A DNA stretch of 64,000 nt, taken from contig JBBIUY010000008.1 of the NCBI GenBank assembly GCA_037440005.1, positions 23,615 through 87,614 on the forward strand. The letters run 5' to 3'. Below the pieces are notes generated by a model that did not search any database, was not told the origin of the DNA, and worked only from the letters and a program-made list of their open reading frames with translations. Each line of letters begins with the position of its first letter. Position 1 is the stretch's first letter. The translations under genes were made by a program, and so were the position numbers. This stretch comes from Armatimonadota bacterium (lineage in GTDB: Bacteria; Sysuimicrobiota; Sysuimicrobiia; Sysuimicrobiales; Kaftiobacteriaceae). Shown here piece after piece: positions 35,229-47,070 of this stretch.

Positions 35229-35737
35229 CCGACGCCCCCGCCCGCTTGGCCGCGCGGCTGGGAGAGGTCGTCCGGGAGCGGGTGGAGTTCCGGGACGAGC
35301 TCACCCTGGTGGTCCCCCGGGAGGCCGTTCTGGCGGCCCTGGAGGCGGCCCGGGCGGAGGGCTTTGGGATGCTGACCGACCTCACCGCCGTGGACCGCCA
35401 CCCGGCCCGGCCCCGGTTCGAGGTGGTCTACCTGCTGACCTCCCTGGACCCGCCGGCCCGGGTGCGGCTGAAGGTGCGGGTGGACGCCGACGACCCGACG
35501 GTGCCGTCGGCCACCGGCCTGTGGCCCGGTGCGTCCTGGCTGGAGCGGGAAGTGTACGACCTGTTCGGCATCGTCTTTTCCGGGCATCCCGACCTGCGGC
35601 GGATCCTGCTGCCGGACGACTGGGAGGGCCACCCCCTGCGCAAGGACTACCCGCTGGTCGAGGAGCCGGTGCAGTTCCTGGGCCGCACGCCCAAGGTCCC
35701 CAGCGAGATCATCCCCCGGGTTCCGCGGGGTCAGTAG
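35225..35737 (+). CDS. nuoC: NADH-quinone oxidoreductase subunit C
   Basis: [19 protein letters not shown]. Confidence 0.95.
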   Translation: MTDAPARLAARLGEVVRERVEFRDELTLVVPREAVLAALEAARAEGFGMLTDLTAVDRHPARPRFEVVYLLTSLDPPARVRLKVRVDADDPTVPSATGLWPGASWLEREVYDLFGIVFSGHPDLRRILLPDDWEGHPLRKDYPLVEEPVQFLGRTPKVPSEIIPRVPRGQ

Positions 35738-35800
35738 GCGGGAGAGGCCGGGCGACGGATGGGGGGCCGGCCGGCCGCGGGCGCGCGTGCGGGTGCGGGC

Positions 35801-36979
35801 ATGGGTGAGCTGACGCGGGAAACCCTCGTCCTGAACATGGGCCCCCAGCATCCCAGCACCCACGGGGTGCTGCGGCTGCTCCTGGAGCTGGAGGGCGAGG
35901 TGATCGTGGGCGCCCAGCCGGTCATCGGCTACCTGCACACCGGCTTCGAGAAGGAGATGGAGACCCGCACCTACCACCAGAACATCGTCTTCCCCCCGCG
36001 GATCGAGTACCTGGCCACCTTCATCGAGGAGCAGGCCTACGTGCTGGCCGTGGAAAAGCTGCTGGGCATCACCGCCCCGCCCCGGGCGCAGACCATCCGG
36101 CTCATCCTGGCCGAGCTGTCCCGCATCGCCAGCCACCTGGTGTACCTGGGCACCGCCGCCATCGACCTCAACGTCAGCAGCGTGTTCATGTACTGCTTCC
36201 GGGACCGGGAGCAGATCCTGGACATCTTCGAGATGGTGAGCGGCCAGCGGATGATGCACGGCTACTTCCGCATCGGCGGCCTGCAGTGGGACCTGCCCGA
36301 GGGGTTCGTGCCCCGGGTGCGGGCGTTCCTGGAGGAGTTCCCCCGCCGCCTGGACGAGTACGAGGCGCTGCTGACCGACAACCTGATCTGGCGGAAGCGC
36401 ACCGAGGGGGTGGCGGTGCTCAGCGCCGACGACGCCGTGCGCTACGGCTGCACCGGCCCGGTGCTGCGGGGGTCGGGGATCGCCTACGACGTGCGCAAGG
36501 CCTTCCCCTACGGCGGCTACGACGAGTACGCCTTCGACGTGCCGGTGGGCAGCCGCGGGGACGCCTTCGACCGGTACCGGGTGCGGATGGAAGAGATGCG
36601 CCAGAGCCGCCGGATCATCCTGCAGGCCCTGGACCGCCTGGCGCCGGGGCCCGTCATGGTGGACGACCGGAAGGTGGCGCTGCCGCCCCGGGCGGAGCTG
36701 GTCCGCAGCATGGAGGCGGTGATCCACCACTTCAAGCTGGTCAGCGAGGGGATCCACCCGCCGCCGGGGGAGGTGTACGCGGCGGTGGAGTCTCCCCGGG
36801 GCGAGAAGGGCTACTACATCGTCAGCGACGGGAGCAACCGGCCGGTGCGGGTGCGGGTGCGCTCGGCGTCGTTCAACAACCTGCAAGCCCTGCCGGTGAT
36901 GCTGTACCGGGGAACCGTTGCCGACGTGGTGGTGGCCATCGCCAGCATCGACATCGTGCTGGGAGACGTGGACCGGTGA
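35801..36979 (+). CDS. nuoD: NADH-quinone oxidoreductase subunit D
   Basis: NMGPQHPSTHGVLR, GYLHTG, DIVLGDVDR. Confidence 0.96.
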   Translation: MGELTRETLVLNMGPQHPSTHGVLRLLLELEGEVIVGAQPVIGYLHTGFEKEMETRTYHQNIVFPPRIEYLATFIEEQAYVLAVEKLLGITAPPRAQTIRLILAELSRIASHLVYLGTAAIDLNVSSVFMYCFRDREQILDIFEMVSGQRMMHGYFRIGGLQWDLPEGFVPRVRAFLEEFPRRLDEYEALLTDNLIWRKRTEGVAVLSADDAVRYGCTGPVLRGSGIAYDVRKAFPYGGYDEYAFDVPVGSRGDAFDRYRVRMEEMRQSRRIILQALDRLAPGPVMVDDRKVALPPRAELVRSMEAVIHHFKLVSEGIHPPPGEVYAAVESPRGEKGYYIVSDGSNRPVRVRVRSASFNNLQALPVMLYRGTVADVVVAIASIDIVLGDVDR

Positions 36980-38823
36980 TCCCTCTGGAGCGCGACGCCG
37001 CGCAGGCCCCCGTGCTGTCCGAACAGGCCCGGGCGGAGATCCGCCGGCTGATGGGCCGCTTCCCCCACCGCCAGTCGGCCCTGCTGGGCGCCCTGTTCGT
37101 CGCCCAGGCCGAGGCGGGCTACCTGAGCCCACCGGTGCTGGCGGAGGTGGCGGAGGTGCTGGACCTGCCCTACAGCGAGGTGGTGTCGGTGGCGTCGTTT
37201 TACCACCTGTACCATCTGAAGCCGGTGGGCCGCCACGTGATCCAGGTCTGTACCAACATCTCCTGCCACCTCCGGGGCTGCGCCCGGGTGGTGGACCACC
37301 TGCGGGATCGGCTGGGGGTGGAGGTCGGGCAGACCACCGCCGACGGCGTGTTCACCCTGCGGACGGCCGAGTGCCTGGCGGCCTGCGACCGCGCCCCGGT
37401 CCTGATGGTGGACGACGACCTGTTCGGCCCGGTGGACGCCCCCGTCGCCGAGCAGATCCTCTCCGCCTACGCCGCCGGCGCCCGCCCCGCCGCCTCCGCC
37501 GTCTCCGGCCCCCGGGCCCCCCGCGTTGAAGCCCGGACCCCGGACTCTGAGGGGGGTCCGGTCCTGCTGCGCTATGTGCACGAGCCCGACCAGGGCGAGC
37601 TGGACGCCTACCTCGCCCGGGGCGGCTACGAGGGGCTGCGCCGGGCCCTGTCCATGGCGCCCGAGGCGGTCATCGAGGAGGTGGAGCGCTCGGGGCTGCG
37701 CGGCCGGGGCGGGGCCGGATTTCCCACCGGCCGCAAGTGGAAGTTTCTGCCCCGGGACCCCGCGGTCACCAAGTACGTGGTGGTGAACGCCGACGAAGGC
37801 GAGCCCGGCACCTTCAAGGACCGCACCCTCCTGGAGGGAGACCCCCACCGGCTGGTGGAGGGGACCGTCATCGCCGCCTATGCGGTGGGCGCCCGCCAGG
37901 CGTTCATCTACCTGCGCCGGGAGTTCGCCCGCGCCCGCGCGGTGCTGGAACGCGCCCTGGCCCAGGCCGAACAGGCGGGGCTGGTGGGCCGCAACATCCT
38001 GGGCCGGGGGGTGGACGTGGAGGTGGTCCTGGCCACCGGGGCGGGCGCCTACATCGCCGGGGAAGAGACGGCGCTGCTGGAGTCCCTGGAAGGCCGGCGC
38101 GCCCTGCCGCGGCTGAAGCCTCCCTACTACCCCGCCGTCAAGGGCCTGTACGGGCAGCCCACGGCCCTGAACAACGTGGAGACCCTCTGCCACGTGGCCT
38201 GGATCCTGGCCCGGGGGGCGGAGTGGTACCGCCGGCAGGGGCCGCCGATTCTGATCTCGGTCAGCGGGCACGTGGCTCGCCCCGGGGTGTACGAGGTGCC
38301 CCTGGGCACGACCATCCGGCAGGTGATCGAGCGGGCGGGGGGCATGCGGGACGGCCGCGCCTTCAAGGCCTGCTTTCCCGGCGGGTCGTCGTCGGCCATC
38401 CTCCCGGCGGCGTACCTGGACACCCCGATGGACTACGACGCCCTGGCCCGGCTGGACGTCTATGGGTCCATGCTGGGCTCGGCGGCGCTGATCGTCATGG
38501 ACGACACCACCTGCATGGTGGAGGTGGTGGCCCGCACCGTGGAGTTCTACCGGGACGAGTCCTGCGGCAAGTGCACCCCCTGCCGGGAGGGGACCGTGTG
38601 GCTGGGCCAGGTCCTGCGGCGGATCCTGGCCGGCGGCGGGCGTCCGGCGGACCTGGACCTGCTGGAGGGGATCGCCCGGGGGATGACCGGAACGTGCTTC
38701 TGCCCGCTGGGGGAGAGCGTGCCCCCGGCCATCTACGCGTCGCTGCGCTTTTTCCGCCATGAGTTCGAGCACCACATCGCCCACCGGACCTGCGACGTGC
38801 GGTCGCCGGTCCCGGCCGCATAA
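36976..38823 (+). CDS. nuoEF: Fused NADH-quinone oxidoreductase subunits E and F
   Basis: One ORF: NuoE (VCTNISC, ECLAAC), Ala/Pro linker, NuoF (GRGGAGF, NADEGEPG, GEETAL, CGKCTPCREG). Confidence 0.92.
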   Translation: MIPLERDAAQAPVLSEQARAEIRRLMGRFPHRQSALLGALFVAQAEAGYLSPPVLAEVAEVLDLPYSEVVSVASFYHLYHLKPVGRHVIQVCTNISCHLRGCARVVDHLRDRLGVEVGQTTADGVFTLRTAECLAACDRAPVLMVDDDLFGPVDAPVAEQILSAYAAGARPAASAVSGPRAPRVEARTPDSEGGPVLLRYVHEPDQGELDAYLARGGYEGLRRALSMAPEAVIEEVERSGLRGRGGAGFPTGRKWKFLPRDPAVTKYVVVNADEGEPGTFKDRTLLEGDPHRLVEGTVIAAYAVGARQAFIYLRREFARARAVLERALAQAEQAGLVGRNILGRGVDVEVVLATGAGAYIAGEETALLESLEGRRALPRLKPPYYPAVKGLYGQPTALNNVETLCHVAWILARGAEWYRRQGPPILISVSGHVARPGVYEVPLGTTIRQVIERAGGMRDGRAFKACFPGGSSSAILPAAYLDTPMDYDALARLDVYGSMLGSAALIVMDDTTCMVEVVARTVEFYRDESCGKCTPCREGTVWLGQVLRRILAGGGRPADLDLLEGIARGMTGTCFCPLGESVPPAIYASLRFFRHEFEHHIAHRTCDVRSPVPAA

Positions 38824-38826
38824 GCC

Positions 38827-41271
38827 ATGAGCGCCAGCGCCACCGTCACCCTGACCATCGACGGCCGCACGGTCACCGTGCCCCGGGGGACCACCGTCTA
38901 CCAGGCGGCCCGGGCGGCGGGGATCGACATCCCCATCTTCTGCTACCACGACCGCATGCCGCCCCTGGGGGCGTGCCGGATGTGCCTGGTGAAGGTGGAG
39001 AAGATGCCGCGGCTGCAGACCTCCTGCACCCTGGAGGCCGCCGACGGCATGGTGGTGTCCACCACCGCCCCCGAGGTGGTGGCCGGCCAGCGGGCGATTC
39101 TGGAGTTTTTGCTCATCAACCACCCGCTGGACTGTCCCATCTGCGATAAGGGGGGCGAGTGCCCCCTGCAGGACCAGACGGTGCGCTACGGCCCGGGGCG
39201 CAGCCGCTTCGTGGAGCCCAAGCGCGACTTCGCCAAGCCGGTGTCTTTGGGGCCGGTCCTGGTCCTGGACCGGGAACGGTGCATCCTGTGCTGGCGGTGC
39301 GTGCGCTTCGGGGAGCTGGTGGCCGGCGACGACGCGCTGAAGGGCTTTGAGCGGGGGTTCCGCAGCGAGATCAACACGCCGTTCACCCTCCCGGTGCAGT
39401 CCAAGTTCATCGGCAACACCATCGCCATCTGCCCGGTGGGGGCCCTCACGGCCCGCCCGTACCGGTTCGTGGCGCGCCCCTGGGACAACCGGCCGGTGGC
39501 CAGCACCTGCACCCTGTGCGGGGTGGGCTGCGCGGTGGAGTTCGACGTCCGCGACGGGCAGGTGGTGCGGGTGCGGGCGCGGGAGGAGCCGGCGGTCAAC
39601 GACATCTGGCTGTGCGACCTGGGATTTTTCGGGCACGCCGCCGTCTCCCACCCCGACCGCCTGCGCACGCCGTTGGTGCGCCGGGACGGCCTGCTGGTGG
39701 AGGCGTCCTGGGACGAGGCCCTGGACTACGTGGCCTCCCGGCTGCGGGCCGCCCCCCGGGGACGGGTGGCGGCCCTGGGCGGGGCGCGGCTGACCACCGA
39801 GGACGCGTACGTGGCCGCCCGGTTCTTCCGCGCGGTGGTGGGCACCCCGCACCTGGACCACCGGGTGGACGCCGCGCCGGGGTCCGCCAGCCTGCTGGTG
39901 GGCTGGGGCATGCGCCGCCCCCTGGGAGACCTGGACGAGGCCGACGTGGTGGTCCTGGTGGGCTGCGACGTCACCGAGGAGTACCCGGTGCTGTGGCTGC
40001 GCCTGCGGCGCGCCGTCGACCGCGGCGCCGCGGTGGTGGCCGTCACCCCGCGGCGGCTGGAGGTGGACCGGTTCCTGCGGGCGCACCTGGTGCACCGGTT
40101 CGGGGAGGGCGCTCAGGTCCTGGACGCGCTGCTGGGAAGCGCCGCCGGCGCCGCGGGCGGCGTGGATCCTGCCGCCCTGGCCGCGGCCACCGCGGCCGTG
40201 CAGGACGCCCGCCGCCCGGTGGTGATGGTGGGGCGGCTGGCCCTGGAGGCTCCCGACGGCATCGAGATCCTGCGGCGGGTCCGGGAGCTGGCGGCGCGCT
40301 GGGGCGTGCCGGTGGACGTCCTGCGGGGCAAGGGCAACGCCTGGGGGGCCGCCCTGGCCGGCCTGCTGCCCGATGCCGCCCCCGGAGGCCGCCCGCTGGA
40401 GGACGCGCAGAACGCGCTGCGGGCCCTGTGGGGAGAAGAGGCGGTGGTGGACGCCGGGTGGACGGCGCCGGAGATCGTCCAGCAGGCGGCCCGGGGCGCC
40501 GTGGAGGTGCTGTTCGCGCTGGGGGCGGACCCGGCGTCGGAGGTCGTGGACCGCTCCCTGTGGATGCAGGCCCGCCGGCGCGTGGGGGTCCTGGTGGCGG
40601 TGGACGCGTTTCTGTCGCCCACCGCCCGCATGGCCGACGTGGTCCTGCCCGTCCTGATGGCCCCGGAAAAGGACGGCACCGTCTGCGGCGTGGACGGGCG
40701 GGTGCACCGGGTCCGGGCGGCCGTGCCCGGCCCGGGCTCGGCGTGGGCGGAGGCAGCCATCTTCGCCGCCCTCGCCGACCGTCTGGGGCGGACCCTGGTC
40801 TACAGCGGGTGGGAGGAGATCTTCGACGAGATGCGGACCCTCCTGCCCTCCCTGGCCGTGGGCGGGCGGGTCTTCCCGCCGGCCGACCGGTCCCTGCCGG
40901 CGGCGCGGGCGGAGACGGCGGCGTCCGACGGCGACGGCCTGGTCCTCATCCCCGGCGACGCCCTGTTCGACCTGGGGACGATGACCTCCCGCAGCCCGGC
41001 GGTGGCCGACCTCGCCCGCGAGCCGTGGGCGATGCTGCACCCGGAGGACGCGTCCCGGCTGGGGGTGGCCGACGGCGATCCGGTGGTCCTGCGGGGGGCG
41101 CGGGGGGAGGTGGCCGTGCGCGTCCGGGTGGCCGCCGACATCCTGCCCGGGCAGGTCTTCCTGCCCCGGGGCTTCGACCAGGCGCCGGCCAACGCCCTGG
41201 CCGACGGCGCCGGGCCGGCGCGGGTCCGGCTGGTCCCCCTGCACGCCCGGACGGCAGGAGGCGGTCGGTGA
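38827..41271 (+). CDS. nuoG: NADH-quinone oxidoreductase subunit G
   Basis: CYH..GACRMC, HPLDCPICDKGGEC, CILCWRC, CTLCGVGC. Confidence 0.95.
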   Translation: MSASATVTLTIDGRTVTVPRGTTVYQAARAAGIDIPIFCYHDRMPPLGACRMCLVKVEKMPRLQTSCTLEAADGMVVSTTAPEVVAGQRAILEFLLINHPLDCPICDKGGECPLQDQTVRYGPGRSRFVEPKRDFAKPVSLGPVLVLDRERCILCWRCVRFGELVAGDDALKGFERGFRSEINTPFTLPVQSKFIGNTIAICPVGALTARPYRFVARPWDNRPVASTCTLCGVGCAVEFDVRDGQVVRVRAREEPAVNDIWLCDLGFFGHAAVSHPDRLRTPLVRRDGLLVEASWDEALDYVASRLRAAPRGRVAALGGARLTTEDAYVAARFFRAVVGTPHLDHRVDAAPGSASLLVGWGMRRPLGDLDEADVVVLVGCDVTEEYPVLWLRLRRAVDRGAAVVAVTPRRLEVDRFLRAHLVHRFGEGAQVLDALLGSAAGAAGGVDPAALAAATAAVQDARRPVVMVGRLALEAPDGIEILRRVRELAARWGVPVDVLRGKGNAWGAALAGLLPDAAPGGRPLEDAQNALRALWGEEAVVDAGWTAPEIVQQAARGAVEVLFALGADPASEVVDRSLWMQARRRVGVLVAVDAFLSPTARMADVVLPVLMAPEKDGTVCGVDGRVHRVRAAVPGPGSAWAEAAIFAALADRLGRTLVYSGWEEIFDEMRTLLPSLAVGGRVFPPADRSLPAARAETAASDGDGLVLIPGDALFDLGTMTSRSPAVADLAREPWAMLHPEDASRLGVADGDPVVLRGARGEVAVRVRVAADILPGQVFLPRGFDQAPANALADGAGPARVRLVPLHARTAGGGR

Positions 41272-42251
41272 TGGAGACCCTGGTGGTGGCCGTCGCCAAG
41301 AGCCTGGGGCTGATCGTCCTGCTGCTGACCACCTTTGCGTACATGACGCTGCTGGAGCGCCGGCTGCTGGCTCGCTTCCAGGTCCGCATCGGCCCCAACC
41401 GGGTGGGCCCCGGCGGGCTGCTGCAGCCCCTGGCCGACGGGATCAAGCTGCTGTTCAAGGAGAGCTTCATTCCCGCCCGGGTGGACCGCCTCGTGTACCT
41501 GGTGGCGCCGGTCCTGTCCATGGTGGCGGCGCTGGCGGTGTACGCGGTGATCCCCCTGGGCCCAGCCGTCACCGTGGCCGGGCGGCGGGTTACCCTGTAC
41601 CTGGCCGACGTGAACGTGGGCATCCTGCTGGTCCTGGCCACGTCCTCCCTGGGCGTGTACGGGATCATCCTGGGGGGATGGTCCACCGACAACAAGTACG
41701 CCCTGCTGGGCAGCCTGCGCAGCAGCGCCCAGCTGATCAGCTACGAGCTGGCCCTGGGGCTGGCGGTCATCAGCGTGGTCCTCCAGGCCGGGTCCCTCAG
41801 CCTGGTGGAGATCGTGCGCGCCCAGCGCGAGCGGTGGTTTGTGGCGGTGCAGCCCCTGGCCTTCCTGCTGTTCTTCGTGGCGGCGGTGGCCGAGACCAAC
41901 CGGGCGCCCTTCGACCTGCCCGAGGCGGAGCAGGAGCTGGTGGCGGGCTACCAGACCGAGTACGGGGGGTTTCGCTTCGCCCTGTTCTACGCCGGAGAGT
42001 ACATCGGCATCGTGACCATGAGCGCCCTGGCCACCCTGCTGTTCTGGGGGGGATGGTGGGGGCCGGTGCTGCCCGGGGTGGTGTGGTTCGTCCTGAAGAC
42101 TTTTGCCTTCATCTTCGTGTTCATCTGGCTGCGGGCGACCCTTCCGCGGGTCCGCCATGACCAGCTCATGGCCCTGGGGTGGAAGGTGCTGGTGCCGGCG
42201 GGCCTGGTGAACATCGCGGCGACCGCGGTGTGGGTCGCCCTGCGGGGGTAG
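41271..42251 (+). CDS. nuoH: NADH-quinone oxidoreductase subunit H
   Basis: GPNRVGP, ADGIKL, ETNRAPFDLPEAE. Confidence 0.96.
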   Translation: METLVVAVAKSLGLIVLLLTTFAYMTLLERRLLARFQVRIGPNRVGPGGLLQPLADGIKLLFKESFIPARVDRLVYLVAPVLSMVAALAVYAVIPLGPAVTVAGRRVTLYLADVNVGILLVLATSSLGVYGIILGGWSTDNKYALLGSLRSSAQLISYELALGLAVISVVLQAGSLSLVEIVRAQRERWFVAVQPLAFLLFFVAAVAETNRAPFDLPEAEQELVAGYQTEYGGFRFALFYAGEYIGIVTMSALATLLFWGGWWGPVLPGVVWFVLKTFAFIFVFIWLRATLPRVRHDQLMALGWKVLVPAGLVNIAATAVWVALRG

Positions 42252-42259
42252 AGCGGCCC

Positions 42260-42745
42260 ATGGCGACGGTGGCGACTACGATCCGGCAGGCGTGGGCGAT
42301 GGTGCGGGGGCTGGGGGTGACCCTGCGCTACCTGGTCCGGCCGCCGGTCACCGTGCCCTACCCCGACGTCAAGCGCGACGCCGTCCAGCCGCGCTTCAAG
42401 GGGCGGCACTGGCTCACCCTGTACGAGGACGGCCTGGAGCGGTGCGTGGGCTGCGAGCTGTGCGTGATCGTGTGCCCGTCCCAGGCCATCTACGTCCGCG
42501 CCGCCGAGAACACCCCCGAGCACCAGGTGAGCCGGGGGGAGCGCTACGCCGCCGACTTCCAGATCAACGAGCTGCGCTGCATCTTCTGCGGGTTCTGCGA
42601 GGAGGCGTGTCCCACCGGCGCCATCGTCCTGGGACGGGACTACGAGCTGGCCGCGTCCAGCCGGGAGGAACTGATCTACACCAAGGAGATGCTCACCGAG
42701 CCCTACCCGGGGGCGTCGGGGCGGGACCCGCGGCGGGAGGTGTGA
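42260..42745 (+). CDS. nuoI: NADH-quinone oxidoreductase subunit I
   Basis: Two CxxCxxCxxxCP clusters. Confidence 0.95.
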   Translation: MATVATTIRQAWAMVRGLGVTLRYLVRPPVTVPYPDVKRDAVQPRFKGRHWLTLYEDGLERCVGCELCVIVCPSQAIYVRAAENTPEHQVSRGERYAADFQINELRCIFCGFCEEACPTGAIVLGRDYELAASSREELIYTKEMLTEPYPGASGRDPRREV

Positions 42746-42761
42746 GGCCACGGAGCGGGTG

Positions 42762-43286
42762 ATGGAGGTCGCCCTGTTCGTGCTGGCCGCCGCCGGGGCG
42801 CTGGCCGGCGGGGTGGGCGTGGTGGCCAGCCGGCTGCCGGTGCGCAACGCCCTGTCCCTGTTGCTGGTGCTGGTGTGCCTGGCGGTGCTGTACCTGCTGC
42901 TGGCCGCCCCGTTCATCGCGGTGCTGCAGGTGATCGTCTACGCCGGGGCGATCGTGGTCCTGTTCCTGTTCGTGGTGATGCTCCTGCACGCCCGCAGCGG
43001 CGAGCCGCCGCCGGACCGCCTGCGGGGCCAGCGCCCCCTGGCCGCGCTGCTGGTGGCGGCGTTGCTGGCCGCCCTGGCGGCGGTGGTGCGGGCCGGTCCG
43101 CAGGCGGCGGCTCCTCCGCCCCCGGAGTTCGGCACCGCCCAGGCGGTGGGCCGCGTCCTGTTCACCACGTACCTGCTGCCCTTCGAGGTGGCGTCGGTCA
43201 TCCTGCTGGTGGGCATGGTCGCCGCGGTGGTCATCGGCCGCCCCCTCCCGCGGCCGCCGGCCGGACCGGGGGAGGCCCGGCGGTGA
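42762..43286 (+). CDS. nuoJ: NADH-quinone oxidoreductase subunit J
   Basis: [29 protein letters not shown]. Confidence 0.95.
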   Translation: MEVALFVLAAAGALAGGVGVVASRLPVRNALSLLLVLVCLAVLYLLLAAPFIAVLQVIVYAGAIVVLFLFVVMLLHARSGEPPPDRLRGQRPLAALLVAALLAALAAVVRAGPQAAAPPPPEFGTAQAVGRVLFTTYLLPFEVASVILLVGMVAAVVIGRPLPRPPAGPGEARR

Positions 43287-43588
43287 CGGTCCCCCTGGCC
43301 GCTTACCAGGCGCTGGGCGCCCTGCTGTTCGCCCTCGGGGTGGCGGGGGTGCTGCTGCGCCGCAACGCCCTGGTGGTGTTCATGTCGGTGGAGCTGATGC
43401 TCAACGCCGTCAACCTCAGCTTCGTGGCCTTCGCCCGCCAGCACGCGGCCATGGCGGGACAGGTGGCGGTGTTCTTCGTCGTGGCGGTGGCGGCCGTGGA
43501 GGTGGTGGTGGGCCTGGCCATCATCATCGCCATCTTCCGGGCCCGGGAGACGGTGGACCTGGACAGCGTGGATCTGCTGCGGGGGTAG
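43283..43588 (+). CDS. nuoK: NADH-quinone oxidoreductase subunit K
   Basis: [25 protein letters not shown]. Confidence 0.95.
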   Translation: MTVPLAAYQALGALLFALGVAGVLLRRNALVVFMSVELMLNAVNLSFVAFARQHAAMAGQVAVFFVVAVAAVEVVVGLAIIIAIFRARETVDLDSVDLLRG

Positions 43589-43594
43589 CCGGTC

Positions 43595-45432
<1,838 letters not shown>

Positions 45433-45436
<4 letters not shown>

Positions 45437-47070
45437 CGTCGGTGCCCTGGCTGTCCGCTGCCCTGGTCCTGCCGCTGGCCACCGCCGCCGTGGCCGCCGC
45501 GGTGGACCGGCGCCGCACCGGCGCCCTGTACGGGGTGGGGATGGCAGGCATGCTGGCGGTGGCGGCGGTGGCCGGGGTCGTCTTCGTGCGCTTTGACGCC
45601 CGGAGCGCCGCCCTGCAGTTCGTCGAGCGCGCGCCCTGGATCCCCTCGGTGGGCATCGGCTACCACGTGGGCGTGGACGGCATCTCCCTGCCCCTGGTGA
45701 TGCTGACGGCGGTCATGATGCCCCTGGCGCTGCTGTCGGCGTGGGGGTCGATCACCGAGCGGGTGAAGGAGCTGGTGGTGGTCCTGCTGGTCCTGGAGAG
45801 CGCGCTGCTGGGGACGTTTGTGGCCCAAGACCTGGTCCTGTTCTACGTGTTCTGGGAGGCCGTGCTCATCCCCATGTACTTCCTCATCGGGCTGTGGGGC
45901 GGGCCGGCCCGGGTCCTGGCCGCCATGAAGTTTTTGCTGTACACCATGGCCGGCAGCGCCCTGATGCTGGTGGCGATCATCGTCCTGTACCTGCAGTCGG
46001 GCGCCCAGCTGGGCGCCCGGACCTTCGACCTGGTGGCACTCCAGGGGCTGCGGCTGGATCCGGCCCTGGAGCCGTGGCTGTTCGCCGCCTTCGCCCTGGC
46101 CCTGGCCATCAAGGTGCCGGTCTGGCCCCTGCACACCTGGCTGCCCGACGCCCACACCGAGGCGCCCACCGCCGGCAGCGTCATCCTGGCCGCCGTCCTG
46201 CTGAAGATGGGCACCTACGGGTTCCTGCGGTTTGTCCTGCCGCTGTTCTCCGCCAGCGCCGTGCGCTATGCGCCCGCCCTGATGGCCCTGGCGGTGGTGG
46301 GGGTCCTGTACGGCGGCGCCGTGTCGTGGGCCCAGCGGGACGTCAAGCGGCTGGTGGCCATGAGCAGCGTCAGCCACCTGGGGCTGATCACCCTGGGCCT
46401 GTTCGCGCTGTCGCCGGAGGCCGTGCAGGGGAGCCTGCTGCAGATGGTCAACCACGGCCTGAGCACCGGCGGCCTGTTCCTGCTGGTGGGGGTGCTGTAC
46501 GACCGGACCCACTCCCGGCGGATGGACGACTACGGCGGGGTGGCGTCCCTGATGCCGCGCCTGGCCCCCCTGGCCCTGATCGTGGTCCTGTCGTCCCTGG
46601 CGCTGCCGGGCACCAACGGCTTTGTGGGGGAGTTTCTGGTGCTGGTGGGGACGTACCGGGTGGCGCCCCGCTACGCCGTCCCCGCCCTGGGCGGCGTGAT
46701 CCTGTCGGCGGCCTACCTGCTGTGGATGTACCAGAAGGTGATGCACGGGCCGGTGGCGGTGCGCGAGCCGGCGGCGGTGCGGGACCTGTCGCGGCGGGAA
46801 CAGGCCCTGTTCTGGCCGCTGGTGATCCTGATCTTCTGGATCGGGTTGTACCCCGCGCCCCTGCTGCGGCGCAGCGAGGCGTCGGTGCGCGCCCTGCTGG
46901 CCCTGGTGCACGAGCGCGCCGCCGCGCCGGCGGCGGTGCCCGCCCAGGCGCCTCCGGCGCCGTCCTTCCCGACAGCTCCGAGCGCCGTGGTGGACCGTGG
47001 CCTCCCGGCGGGACCTCCCGCCGATGCCCGCGAGTTCCGGGCCGCCCCCGGAGGTGAGGTCCGGCCGTGA
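45433..47070 (+). CDS. nuoM: NADH-quinone oxidoreductase subunit M
   Basis: FYVFWE, KVPVWPLHTWLPDAH, LKMGTYG. Confidence 0.96.
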
